A stretch of DNA of 64,000 bases from a virus. Lineage: Duplodnaviria; Caudoviricetes. The notes under the pieces are model-generated. The model did not search any database. It saw nothing but the letters and a program-made list of their open reading frames with translations, and had not been told where the DNA came from. The position numbers and the translations under genes were made by a program. The stretch's first letter is position 1; each line of letters begins with the position of its first letter. The stretch is from the IMG/VR virus record IMGVR_UViG_3300028048_000055, positions 101,062-165,061 of that record; one strand, given 5' to 3'. Below, piece by piece: positions 38,797-47,830 of the stretch.

Positions 38797-39516
38797 ATGA
38801 AAATATTTTCAAAATTCCGCGATTATTATGACTGTGCTCTTAGTTCTTTCCTGGAATCGGATGTAGTCATTCATCGTGAAACAAAAGATAATTTCATTCG
38901 AACAGGTGAAGTTGAAGAACTTGGAAACTTCGATGCAAAATGGAATTATATCTTTGATGGCTATTATGGAAAAACATATGGGCATAAAAATCTTTACATG
39001 ATTGGCTTCTGCGGTAAATGGTATTTCTTCACTGGAGACCGTTATCGAGATGTTAATGGCGTTGATCCTAATACAATCGAATATCATACATTTGACGAAA
39101 TTGTAAAAAACAATCGTGAAATGTCTTTATTCAAATCTCTGCCAAGATGGGATAGACCTGATCGTAATATTAATTACAAAAACCCGAATGAAGTAAAATT
39201 CTGGAATTTTGATTTATTTGAAAAGTTCGGTCCGGTTTTATTTTTGGATAATTATTATTGTGTATCTAAATTTCCATACCGCTCACCGCATAAACAAAGT
39301 ACATTTAATTTTGTTTCGTGGCCATGTCTTGGTGAATATAGATTTGAAAAAGTAATGGATCCATATACTGCGATGTGGGAACTTGAACATTGGTTCGATT
39401 TTCATGCGAAACCTGACGACGCTATCGTTCCGGTTGGTGATGATATTACACGCCTTCAAGCATACGGCTTTGACAAAAAGACATCATTTAGAAAAGGAAA
39501 GGAAAAGAAATGTTAG
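38797..39516 (+). CDS. conserved phage hypothetical protein
   Basis: MKIFSKFRDYYD, IGFCGK, GFDKKTSFRK. Confidence 0.7.
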   Translation: MKIFSKFRDYYDCALSSFLESDVVIHRETKDNFIRTGEVEELGNFDAKWNYIFDGYYGKTYGHKNLYMIGFCGKWYFFTGDRYRDVNGVDPNTIEYHTFDEIVKNNREMSLFKSLPRWDRPDRNINYKNPNEVKFWNFDLFEKFGPVLFLDNYYCVSKFPYRSPHKQSTFNFVSWPCLGEYRFEKVMDPYTAMWELEHWFDFHAKPDDAIVPVGDDITRLQAYGFDKKTSFRKGKEKKC

Positions 39517-39610
39517 AACAATTAGGTTATTTTTGTATTGGATATATGCTTACAGCATTAATCTATAAAATTATCGATAAATTTTGTAATAAAGATTAAA
39601 ACGGATATAT

Positions 39611-39814
39611 ATGACTATTAATGATCTTGAAATGGACTATGAAAAGGAATATGCGATTTATCGTTTTCCTGACACAAAGGTAGAAGTCTTTAGATATCAT
39701 GTGCCTACACTTGACGGTTTTAAAATTACTGAAGAGGAAAAGGCTCTTGGTTTAAAATTATGTCTTGAAGCTCGACTCAATGGCGGTTGGACAGGAGATA
39801 TTCTTAATAGATAA
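39611..39814 (+). CDS. hypothetical protein
   Basis: Small ORF. Confidence 0.5.
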   Translation: MTINDLEMDYEKEYAIYRFPDTKVEVFRYHVPTLDGFKITEEEKALGLKLCLEARLNGGWTGDILNR

Positions 39815-39871
39815 TAATTTTACGACTTTCAAAAAATTATTTTCATATATAGAATAGAAAGGTTAAGAACA

Positions 39872-39946
39872 ATGATTAATTTAAACTATAACAGAACTTC
39901 ATCATCAAATAAATCGCATCAGCGGTTTATGTTTGTTATAGTGTAA
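39872..39946 (+). CDS. putative leader peptide MINLNYNRTSSSNKSHQRFMFVIV
   Basis: SD GAAAGG; precedes a terminator; contains an anti-terminator complement. Confidence 0.35.
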   Translation: MINLNYNRTSSSNKSHQRFMFVIV

Positions 39947-39975
39947 ACTAAGTTTTACAAATTTTAACGATTTAG

Positions 39976-40009
39976 GACCGCTTACAAAAGCGGTCTTTTT
40001 TTCTATATT
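39976..40009 (+). terminator. intrinsic terminator overlapping promoter CTTACA-N17-TATATT
   Basis: gaccgctt-acaa-aagcggtc-T7. Confidence 0.75.
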
Positions 40010-40036
40010 TAACAGTGAAAATTAAATGGTTCAGTA

Positions 40037-40213
40037 ATGAGAAAAAAGAAAACATTAAAAATTCAAACCTTTAGTAATCCTGAAAATATAGGATTGTATC
40101 TGGAATCAAATCAGATTAATCGTGACGACGTTTTGACTGTGACTGAAAGTGTAAAAGAAATAGAATCAACGCACGCAAAAATTCAATAATTTACTTTATT
40201 CTACTGGGCTTAA
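40037..40213 (+). pseudogene. small LFYW-type protein with in-frame TAA at 40187-40189
   Basis: ...HAKIQ*FTLFYWA*; similar ORF 4805..4948 ends YVLFYWEK. Confidence 0.45.
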
Positions 40214-40237
40214 AAAATTTAAAAAGGAAAAATAAAA

Positions 40238-40828
40238 ATGAACAAGAAACTCTTAATCCTCATCGACTGTCAGAATGACTTTATTACTGGCACCCTTGCA
40301 AATCCTCGCGCTGAAGCAAAGATTGCAAACATTGTAAAGAAAGTAAAGGAACACGACGGTATCATTATTGCAACCCATGATACTCACTTTACCAAGCTTC
40401 AGGTTGAATCGGCTTGGCCTCCTGCTGAAGGAAAGGCATATGAAGATACTTTGGAAGGTCAGATTCTTAAGACTGTCCACTGTATCAAGCTTACTGAAGG
40501 TTGGGAAATTCAAAAGGATATTCTCGCAGCTTGTCATGAAAAGAATGGCCCCAATGGTCCGACTAAGTTCCACTGTATTGACAAGTATACGTTCGGCTGG
40601 GATGGCTGGAAGGAATACCTCAAGGCCTTCGATTTTGACGAAGTTGAACTTTGTGGTTTTGTCGCTGGTATTTGCGTAGATTCCAACGCAACCATTCTTC
40701 GTGCACTTTTCCCGAATATGAAGATTACTGTTGATGCTGCTTGCACTGCTGGTTTCGGACCTGACGATGAAAAGGCTGCTTATACCTGCATGAAGATGAA
40801 AGAAATTGATGTTATTAACGAGGACTAA
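40238..40828 (+). CDS. pncA: nicotinamidase (isochorismatase/cysteine hydrolase family)
   Basis: LIDCQNDF, THDTH, HC..W, DK, GICV (D-K-C triad). Confidence 0.85.
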   Translation: MNKKLLILIDCQNDFITGTLANPRAEAKIANIVKKVKEHDGIIIATHDTHFTKLQVESAWPPAEGKAYEDTLEGQILKTVHCIKLTEGWEIQKDILAACHEKNGPNGPTKFHCIDKYTFGWDGWKEYLKAFDFDEVELCGFVAGICVDSNATILRALFPNMKITVDAACTAGFGPDDEKAAYTCMKMKEIDVINED

Positions 40829-40829
40829 T

Positions 40830-41153
40830 ATGACCGTTGAAATTAAGAAATATAAAAAGAAACCAGTTCAGGTCGAAGCAATTCAGATTCCAAACATCGA
40901 TGATGAAGAAGATGCAGCTGAAATCATCGAATGGGGTCAGGGAAAACTCAGATATGATGATGAAACATATCCACGTAGCGGACCGGTGATTGGGCTTGAA
41001 ACTTCAACTGGTCATCATTATGCCTGCCCTGGAGACTGGATTATTAAAGGTATTGATGGAACATTCTATGCAACTACCGATGATACTTTCCAGAAACTCT
41101 ATGAAGAAGCAGATACTGATGTAACGACCAATAATGGTGTAATTACATGGTAA
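40830..41153 (+). CDS. phage protein (KKPVxVEA...PGDWIIKG family)
   Basis: KYKKKPVQVEAIQ, PGDWIIKG, FQKLYE; start revised. Confidence 0.7.
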   Translation: MTVEIKKYKKKPVQVEAIQIPNIDDEEDAAEIIEWGQGKLRYDDETYPRSGPVIGLETSTGHHYACPGDWIIKGIDGTFYATTDDTFQKLYEEADTDVTTNNGVITW

Positions 41154-41365
41154 ATAAAGACACAGATTATTTTAACCATATAATTAATTACTGGGCAGAT
41201 AAAGAAGCAACCAGAAAATTATATGGTGAAGATTGTGACCGTTGGGAAGATTACCGTCCATGGAAACACAATGATTACAAATCTGAAATAACCAACAAGA
41301 TAGCAAAAAGCTATTATAAAAACAAAAATTTAACAAAAACAAAACAAACAAACGAGGATAAAAAT

Positions 41366-42007
41366 ATGTTTGACTTCAATATGGGTAATATGTTTAACGG
41401 TATGTTCGGCAAGGTTGAGAAGGGTAAGTGTGCCTTCGCAATGGGTGGCGGCATCGCAGTCAAGACCAGCAATGGTTATAAGACTTATAACGTCAAGAAG
41501 CAGCGTTTGACCAACGTTACTAACTTCTGTTTCGACGCGTCTGATTTCTTCTTCGTTCTCCCGACCGCAAAGGTTGCAGTTGGTGACGTCATTCTTGTCG
41601 GTGGTAAGCCGAAGTGCGTTATTGAAGTTCTGAAGAAGTCCATCAAGGTTATCGACTATGAAAATAGCGAAATCCGTGAAATTGTTCCGGAACGCCATGT
41701 CTTCATGGGTGCGACAGTCTTCTATGGTAAGATTACTAGCATGTTCGGTGCTGGCATCGGTAAGGGCAAGGGCATTATGTCCAAGATTATGCAGCTCATG
41801 ATGATGAAGAGCTTGATGGGCGGTAATGGCAATAATGACGGTGGTAACTTGATGCAGATGATGATGATGCAGCAGTTCCTCGGCGGTGGCGCAGCTAATA
41901 CCGAAGATATGTTTGAAAATATGTTTGACATTCAGATCGATGAGGATGAAGACGCCGCAAAGACTGATGCAGACGATAATGATGACGAAGACACGGAAGA
42001 AAACTAA
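41366..42007 (+). CDS. conserved phage protein with Met/Gly-rich C-terminus, upstream of vWA gene
   Basis: SD GAGGA before MFDFNMGNMF; the track ORF extends in frame to 41147. Confidence 0.65.
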   Translation: MFDFNMGNMFNGMFGKVEKGKCAFAMGGGIAVKTSNGYKTYNVKKQRLTNVTNFCFDASDFFFVLPTAKVAVGDVILVGGKPKCVIEVLKKSIKVIDYENSEIREIVPERHVFMGATVFYGKITSMFGAGIGKGKGIMSKIMQLMMMKSLMGGNGNNDGGNLMQMMMMQQFLGGGAANTEDMFENMFDIQIDEDEDAAKTDADDNDDEDTEEN

Positions 42008-42019
42008 GGAGGTTAACCA

Positions 42020-42901
42020 ATGGGTGGCGGAAGCTTTGATTATTCCAGCTATAAAACTTATTCCACTAGTGTAGGTAAGTGTGTTGACACTCGTGGCTAT
42101 GTAACTAAGGGTCAGACTTTTACTGCACGTTCTCTTGACAAGGAACTTGATCCAAGAAATGTAATTCGTGAATGTTGTAATTCTAAGGAACATCCGAATA
42201 CTCTCCCTGTTATTCTTGCACTTGACGTAACTGGTTCTATGGGCTCTGCATGTATGCGTACTGCTGAAGCTCTTGGCCCGATTGTTATGAACTTGCTCGA
42301 AAAGTATAAGGATCGTGATATCGAATTCCTTATCATGGGTATCGGTGATGTCGAATGCGATAATTATCCTATTCAGGCATCTCAGTTCGAATCTGACGTT
42401 CGTATTTCCAAGGCAATCGACAAGATTTACATGGAACATGGCGGTGGCGGTAATATGTATGAATCTTACTCTGCTGCATGGTATTTCGGACTTAACCAGA
42501 CTAAGCTCGACTGTTATGACAAGCAAGGTCGTAAGGGTGTTATCATTACCATGGGTGATGAACCGCTCAATCCATATCTTGAACGTAATGGTTTGAATGA
42601 AGCTACTGGTAGATCTGCTCAGGGTAATGTTGAAACTAAGGCACTTTATGAACAAGCAAAGGATAAGTTCGATATTTATCATATTGCAGTTGATGATGAT
42701 GCTACAGCCTATAGAAGCTATGAATCGCTGATTAAGAAGACTTTTGGTGAGCTTCTCGGTGATAACCTTAAGGTTGCAACAATTAACTCCCTCCCTGTTA
42801 TGATTGAGAATTGTATTAAGCAAACTCTTGAACATAACGGTGGCGGTAATGACAAGCCGAATACGCAAGTCATTAATGAAGCAGGTGAAATTACTTGGTA
42901 A
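42020..42901 (+). CDS. von Willebrand factor A (vWA) domain protein
   Basis: MGGGSF start; LALDVTGSM MIDAS; GGGGN..ESY; ITMGDE. Confidence 0.85.
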   Translation: MGGGSFDYSSYKTYSTSVGKCVDTRGYVTKGQTFTARSLDKELDPRNVIRECCNSKEHPNTLPVILALDVTGSMGSACMRTAEALGPIVMNLLEKYKDRDIEFLIMGIGDVECDNYPIQASQFESDVRISKAIDKIYMEHGGGGNMYESYSAAWYFGLNQTKLDCYDKQGRKGVIITMGDEPLNPYLERNGLNEATGRSAQGNVETKALYEQAKDKFDIYHIAVDDDATAYRSYESLIKKTFGELLGDNLKVATINSLPVMIENCIKQTLEHNGGGNDKPNTQVINEAGEITW

Positions 42902-42912
42902 TTCAAAAGGGG

Positions 42913-42941
42913 TTGAAAAACCCCTTATTTTTTTCTATATT
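42913..42941 (+). promoter_or_regulatory. promoter TTGAAA-N17-TATATT embedded in a terminator hairpin
   Basis: aaggggtt-gaaa-aacccctt. Confidence 0.65.
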
Positions 42942-42983
42942 TGTTTGGAATGATAACGATAACCGATAAGAAAAGGAGGATTT

Positions 42984-44142
42984 ATGAGCATAGTTAACGC
43001 ACGAATTATCGTTGGCGCTAACTATGGTTGAATAAACCATAGGTGATGAAGGTAAAGGCACAGCGGTAGCTTTTTATACAAAAAATTCTATCGGTAAAGT
43101 TTTAAATGTATTGACAAATGGTGGTGCACAGAGAGGTCATTCTGTTATCTCTGATGTAGGTGATTTTACATTCAAGCATTTTGGATCTGGAACTTGTTAT
43201 AATGCAGACAGTTATTATTGTCAGTATTTTATTCTTAATCCGATGCAGTTTGTTAAAGAATATAGACAGTTAAGAGATAAGATTCCACTCTTTAACAATA
43301 TCAAGTTTTATAGACATGTAAACTGTAAATGGTCTACTCCCTTTGATCAAATGTTTAATCTTGCAATCGAAGCTAGTAGAGGTGCAGAAAGACATGGTTC
43401 TTGTGGAATGGGTATTTGGGAAACTGTATTAAGATATAATAAAACTATTACTTATACTTTAAGCGATTTCATGAATCTTATAAGAGAAGATAAAGTAAAG
43501 TATCTTCAAAATGTGAAGAATTATTTTAATATCCGTATGAAAGAACTTAATGTAAAACTTCCTAAGGAACTTATTGAACCTTGGAATAGTGATTTTCTTA
43601 TTGAACATTTTATTCAAGACTGTAAGTTCATTGCTTCTACTGTAATACCTGTTTCTAATATTACTGATATCAGTAATAACTATCAGGAAATTATTTTCGA
43701 AAATGGTCAGGGATTACTTTTAACATCCAGTATATTTGATGACCATACGACACCGAGTAATACTGGTTGTCATGATGCAATGGATATTATTATAAATGAA
43801 CTTCATATTCCTTGTGAAAATGTTACAGTTCATTATATTACGAGACCGTATCTTACTAGACATGGTAATGGTTCTCTTATTGGTGAAACTGATAAGAATC
43901 ATATTGCTGGTTCCGTTCCTGAAGACAGGACAAATCATTACAATGAAACTCAAGGTCGATTTAGATATGCTGGATTAGATATTCATGATTTACTTAATAG
44001 GGTTAAGAATGATTATCAAGCTATGCATGCTAGTGGATTAAAAATTGAAGTTACACATTGTGATGAAATGGATAGAGTAAATGAATTCGAAAAAGTGTTT
44101 GGCCAATCTGTCATCCATACATTCGAATCTCCTAAAATTTAA
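42984..44142 (+). CDS. purA: adenylosuccinate synthetase-like protein with a 16-nt coding gap (43029-43044)
   Basis: SD AAGGAGG; IIVGANYG|DEGKG, NGGAQRGH, HGSCGMG, FENGQG, YLTRHGNG; gap splits the P-loop. Confidence 0.75.
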
Positions 44143-44172
44143 AAAGGATTGGTTTTATCCAATCCTTTTTTA
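44142..44172. terminator. bidirectional terminator
   Basis: aaaaaggattgg/ccaatccttttt. Confidence 0.75.
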
Positions 44173-44188
44173 TTTTCATATTAATAAA

Positions 44189-45040
44189 TTACCAATCATA
44201 TTCACGAGTATCTTCTGGTTCAGGAATTCGTTTCTGACCATAAGACATTTCAACAACTTCAAAATATTCAGCGTTTTCTATACCTTCTGGATTTTTATTA
44301 TAAGTATCAGATATATCTTTTTTCTTTCCATTAACAACGGCAAATATTAAAGTTTCGCCATCATCCCATGGACATCCACAGTCATCTATATCAGTTGCAA
44401 TGTCAGAAGAAATATTTTCGCAGTCATATACTTCGTCATCTGTTGGAAGATGATCAAATATAAAAGCAATAGAGCATTCATATTTAATATATTCTCCATC
44501 GTCAGTAATATCATAAGTAACTTCGACCTTTTTATCGGGATAATTTGTTTTTAAATATTTTTCAACCTCGGCAACATAATCTGCACAATCGCTTTCTTCA
44601 CTACTAGTATCATAGCCATCTTCTGCATAGTAATCCGGGTCATAGAATTCTGGACGTGTTGACGGGTCATAGAAATCACCCTTTCTTTCTACGATATAGC
44701 CTTGTTTTTTAAGGTATTGTTTTGCTTCATTAAGATTCATACCTACTCCTCTATTAAATTCTGTATTTTCGTTGATTTCTCGGAAGAACTTTTCGATATC
44801 TTGCTTAGTATAAAGTTTCTTGTATTTTCTTGTTGATAACATTGTTACCATCAACATATCAAAATAATTCTGAACTTTTGCAATACGAACCTTTTCTGGT
44901 GAATACAAGATCATATCTGTTTTAAGGACATATTTTTTTCGTAATGCAGTCTGTCTGAATATATGAAGCAAATCTGGTTTTCTTTCACCAAATGTAACTA
45001 CTCCATTTTTAAACTGTGGGTTTGAGAAATCGTAAGTCAT
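44189..45040 (-). CDS. late acidic protein; internal start at 44740 (MNLNEAKQYLKKQGYIVE)
   Basis: TATAAATA 45045-45052 (-); internal SD GAGGAG before ATG 44740. Confidence 0.6.
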   Translation of the reverse strand: MTYDFSNPQFKNGVVTFGERKPDLLHIFRQTALRKKYVLKTDMILYSPEKVRIAKVQNYFDMLMVTMLSTRKYKKLYTKQDIEKFFREINENTEFNRGVGMNLNEAKQYLKKQGYIVERKGDFYDPSTRPEFYDPDYYAEDGYDTSSEESDCADYVAEVEKYLKTNYPDKKVEVTYDITDDGEYIKYECSIAFIFDHLPTDDEVYDCENISSDIATDIDDCGCPWDDGETLIFAVVNGKKKDISDTYNKNPEGIENAEYFEVVEMSYGQKRIPEPEDTREYDW

Positions 45041-45061
45041 ATATTATTTATATTAAAACCA

Positions 45062-45090
45062 TTTACAAATACATTTCATTTTACTATATT
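45062..45090 (+). promoter_or_regulatory. early promoter TTTACA-N17-TATATT
   Basis: Consensus match. Confidence 0.7.
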
Positions 45091-45119
45091 ATAATCAAAT
45101 TTAAAAAGGATTATAAATT

Positions 45120-45521
45120 ATGATTTCTAAAGAAGATCTTGAAAAATTCTGTGATATTTCTGAAAAAATCGAACAAGAATTGAGACGTATTGTCCCTATC
45201 CTTGAAGATGTTTACGGCAAAAACGCTCTTAAGCTTTCAGAAAAGAAAGAAGTTCGTTTTGTCGATATTTCTATAAATTTAAAAGGCTATATTGATTGCA
45301 GGATATATAGTAATTATATATCAGATAATCTTAATATCCCTTATCGAATTGAACTTAAGTATTTAACTATGCCAGATGATAAATTTGCTGCATACATGAA
45401 AAAAGAAAAGGAATCACTTGATAAGGAACGTGCTGAAACAGCAAAAAAAGAAGCTGAAGAACGTGCATTGTATGTAAAACTTCGTGAAAAGTATGGTGAT
45501 TTGGAAAATTTTCAATTTTAA
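45120..45521 (+). CDS. hypothetical protein
   Basis: SD AAGGA. Confidence 0.6.
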   Translation: MISKEDLEKFCDISEKIEQELRRIVPILEDVYGKNALKLSEKKEVRFVDISINLKGYIDCRIYSNYISDNLNIPYRIELKYLTMPDDKFAAYMKKEKESLDKERAETAKKEAEERALYVKLREKYGDLENFQF

Positions 45522-45554
45522 AATTTAAAAGGATATAAAATACAATTTTCATTC

Positions 45555-45675
45555 TATAAATAAAATATATAGAGTGAAGACTATATAAAGACATATAAGA
45601 GTTTTTATAAAACCCGTATGGTTTCGTTCTTCACATTAGATTCCATATGGGTTTTTCTTTTTGGAGTGAAGACCA
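45555..45675 (+). promoter_or_regulatory. late promoter plus paired-hairpin leader RNA with complementary loops
   Basis: See findings. Confidence 0.65.
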
Positions 45676-46464
45676 ATGCAATATTACATTTACAAAATTA
45701 CAAATAAGCTTAATGGTAAAATTTATATAGGTCAACATAAAGTTCCTTTAATTAAAGAAAACTTTAGAAGATATATGGGTAAAGGTATTGCTATTCAAGA
45801 AGCAATTAAAAAATATGGAAAAGAAAATTTTGATAAAGAAATTATAGAATATATTGACGATGATGAAAAACATGAATATGTTTCTGAACGTGAAAAATAT
45901 TGGATAGCATATTATAACTGTATGACACCAAATGGTTATAATATTAGTCCAGGCGGCGAGGGCGGATGCACAAGCGAAAGTGGTAAAAAAGGAGCAGAAA
46001 CAAGAAAACGTAATGGAACAAATAAACGAACACCAGAACAGTGCATAAAAATATCTAATGCAGTAAAAGGTAAACCAAAATCAGAATTACATAAACAACA
46101 TTTATCTGAACATCATAGATTAAGAACATTACATAAAGTTCAATTCAAATCTGACGGTCATATCGAGGAAACATTCGATTCTGTCAAAACATTGGCAATT
46201 AAATATAATATAAGAACTGAAATGATATTACGTAGAGCATCAGAAGCTGATAAATTTTGTAATGGTATAAAAATAATAGATATAATATTACCAGAAGTAG
46301 TTAAACGCCATAAGATGGTTAAACAAGGTTTATTTTTAGATCCAGTAAAGCAAGATATTGTTCCATATTATGTTTTAAGAAATAGAAAATGTGGTAATGC
46401 TAAAAATAATGAAATATATAGAAATTTAGATTTATTTAAATGTTTTATTAAGTATAATGATTAA
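45676..46464 (+). CDS. GIY-YIG (Seg-like) homing endonuclease with NUMOD3-like repeats
   Basis: YIYKITNKLNGKIYIGQ, REKYWI, GYNISPGG, KSELHKQHLSE. Confidence 0.85.
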   Translation: MQYYIYKITNKLNGKIYIGQHKVPLIKENFRRYMGKGIAIQEAIKKYGKENFDKEIIEYIDDDEKHEYVSEREKYWIAYYNCMTPNGYNISPGGEGGCTSESGKKGAETRKRNGTNKRTPEQCIKISNAVKGKPKSELHKQHLSEHHRLRTLHKVQFKSDGHIEETFDSVKTLAIKYNIRTEMILRRASEADKFCNGIKIIDIILPEVVKRHKMVKQGLFLDPVKQDIVPYYVLRNRKCGNAKNNEIYRNLDLFKCFIKYND

Positions 46465-46474
46465 TATAAAGGGG

Positions 46475-46503
46475 TTTACAAAACTCCTTTTATTTTTTAT
46501 ATT
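46475..46503 (+). promoter_or_regulatory. promoter TTTACA-N17-TATATT within a hairpin
   Basis: aaaggggttt/aaactccttt. Confidence 0.65.
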
Positions 46504-46530
46504 TAATATAGTTTTTAAAAGGATATTAAA

Positions 46531-47805
46531 ATGGAACTTTCTCAAAAAGAAATTAATGAAATTAAAAATTATAAACCGCTTGATGAAGATAAGTATATTA
46601 TCAATTATCTCTCAGATCTGGACATTTATAAAATTTCAATGACTCAGTGCTTGCTTCATAAGCGACCGAATGAATGGGCTAAGTGGAAGTGGAAGCTTCG
46701 CTCTAAAGATATTCATCTTGGATATCTTGTTGATGCGGTAAATCGTGAAGTTGATCATCTTTGTACGCTTCGTTGGCAACCTTTTGAACTTGATGCTCTT
46801 TCCAAGATTTATTATATTAAGCCTGATTATGTCGATTGGCTTGAAGATTTCCGTCTTAAGAGAAAGTATATCAAGATTACTCGCCGTGGTGACGATCTTG
46901 AAATTGAAGCAGAAGGTCCGCAGCTCAAGGTCACATGGTTTGAAATTTATGTGATGGAAATTATTCAGGAACTTTATCTTCGTCAGTTTGAATTTGATTT
47001 TGAAAAGGCAAAGGCAAATCTTGCAGAAGCAGTTGATAAGTTTAATGCTGCAATTGATTCTGGCTTGAAGTTCGGTTTTGCTGATTTTGGTGCTCGCCGT
47101 AGACATTCTTTTGCATGGCAGGATTATGCAGTTGGTTACATGGCTAAGAACTGTAAGTGCTTTGTTGGTACCTCTAACCTTTATTTCGCCATTAAATACG
47201 GTATAAAGGCAATTGGAACGTTTGCACATGAAATGTATGCTTTGTTCCAGGGACTTGATGATGTACCTATTCGTCAGTCTCAGAAGGCAGTATTCGACGC
47301 ATGGACGCAGGAATATCGAGGCGATCTTGGTATTGCATTGTCTGATAACTTTGGATTTATTCCGTTCCTTCGCGACTTTGATAAGTTCTATGCAAAGCTG
47401 TTCGATGGTTGTAGACACGATTCCGGTGATCCGATTGTTTGGGGTGAAATGTTAATTGCACATTATAAGGCACTTGGCATCGACCCGACTACTAAGACTG
47501 GTTGTTGGTCTGATTCTCTCGATGTTGATAAGGCAATTAAGATTGCACAGCATTTCAATGGTCGTATTAAGGTCAGCTTCGGTATCGGTACTTATTTCAT
47601 GGCAAATCTTGTAACTCAGACTGCTGGTATTAAGCCGCTTTCCATGGTTATGAAAGTTGTCAAGGTTAATGGCAAGGACACGGTGAAACTCAGTGATTGT
47701 CCTGAGAAAAACATGTGCGAATCTCCTACTTATATAGACTATGTTAAGCAGGTATTCGATTATATTCCATTGGATGAATGGAAGGGCGGTCTTACCGTAA
47801 TTTAA
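46531..47805 (+). CDS. pncB: nicotinate phosphoribosyltransferase
   Basis: DLDIYK, DFGARRRHS, GTSN, GTFAHE, RHDSGDP, SDSL, FGIGT, KLSD. Confidence 0.92.
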   Translation: MELSQKEINEIKNYKPLDEDKYIINYLSDLDIYKISMTQCLLHKRPNEWAKWKWKLRSKDIHLGYLVDAVNREVDHLCTLRWQPFELDALSKIYYIKPDYVDWLEDFRLKRKYIKITRRGDDLEIEAEGPQLKVTWFEIYVMEIIQELYLRQFEFDFEKAKANLAEAVDKFNAAIDSGLKFGFADFGARRRHSFAWQDYAVGYMAKNCKCFVGTSNLYFAIKYGIKAIGTFAHEMYALFQGLDDVPIRQSQKAVFDAWTQEYRGDLGIALSDNFGFIPFLRDFDKFYAKLFDGCRHDSGDPIVWGEMLIAHYKALGIDPTTKTGCWSDSLDVDKAIKIAQHFNGRIKVSFGIGTYFMANLVTQTAGIKPLSMVMKVVKVNGKDTVKLSDCPEKNMCESPTYIDYVKQVFDYIPLDEWKGGLTVI

Positions 47806-47830
47806 ATAAATTAATATTTACAGAATTAAT

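Noticed and set aside
41330-42868. 512-aa minus-strand ORF
   Set aside because: Antisense shadow of two well-supported plus-strand genes; no recognisable motifs.
43026-43044. Group I/II intron or simple +1 frameshift in purA
   Set aside because: 16 nt is far too short for a ribozyme, no register gives U|...G boundaries, and the +1 frame has TAA at 43033-35.
42984-44142. PurZ (Z-genome) assignment
   Set aside because: The P-loop is GDEGKG with Asp, and no DatZ/MazZ-like genes were recognised in the window.
45566-45660. Known self-cleaving ribozyme (HDV-like, pistol, twister) identity for the paired-hairpin elements
   Set aside because: I could not place the conserved catalytic cores by eye; a covariance-model search is needed to exclude them.
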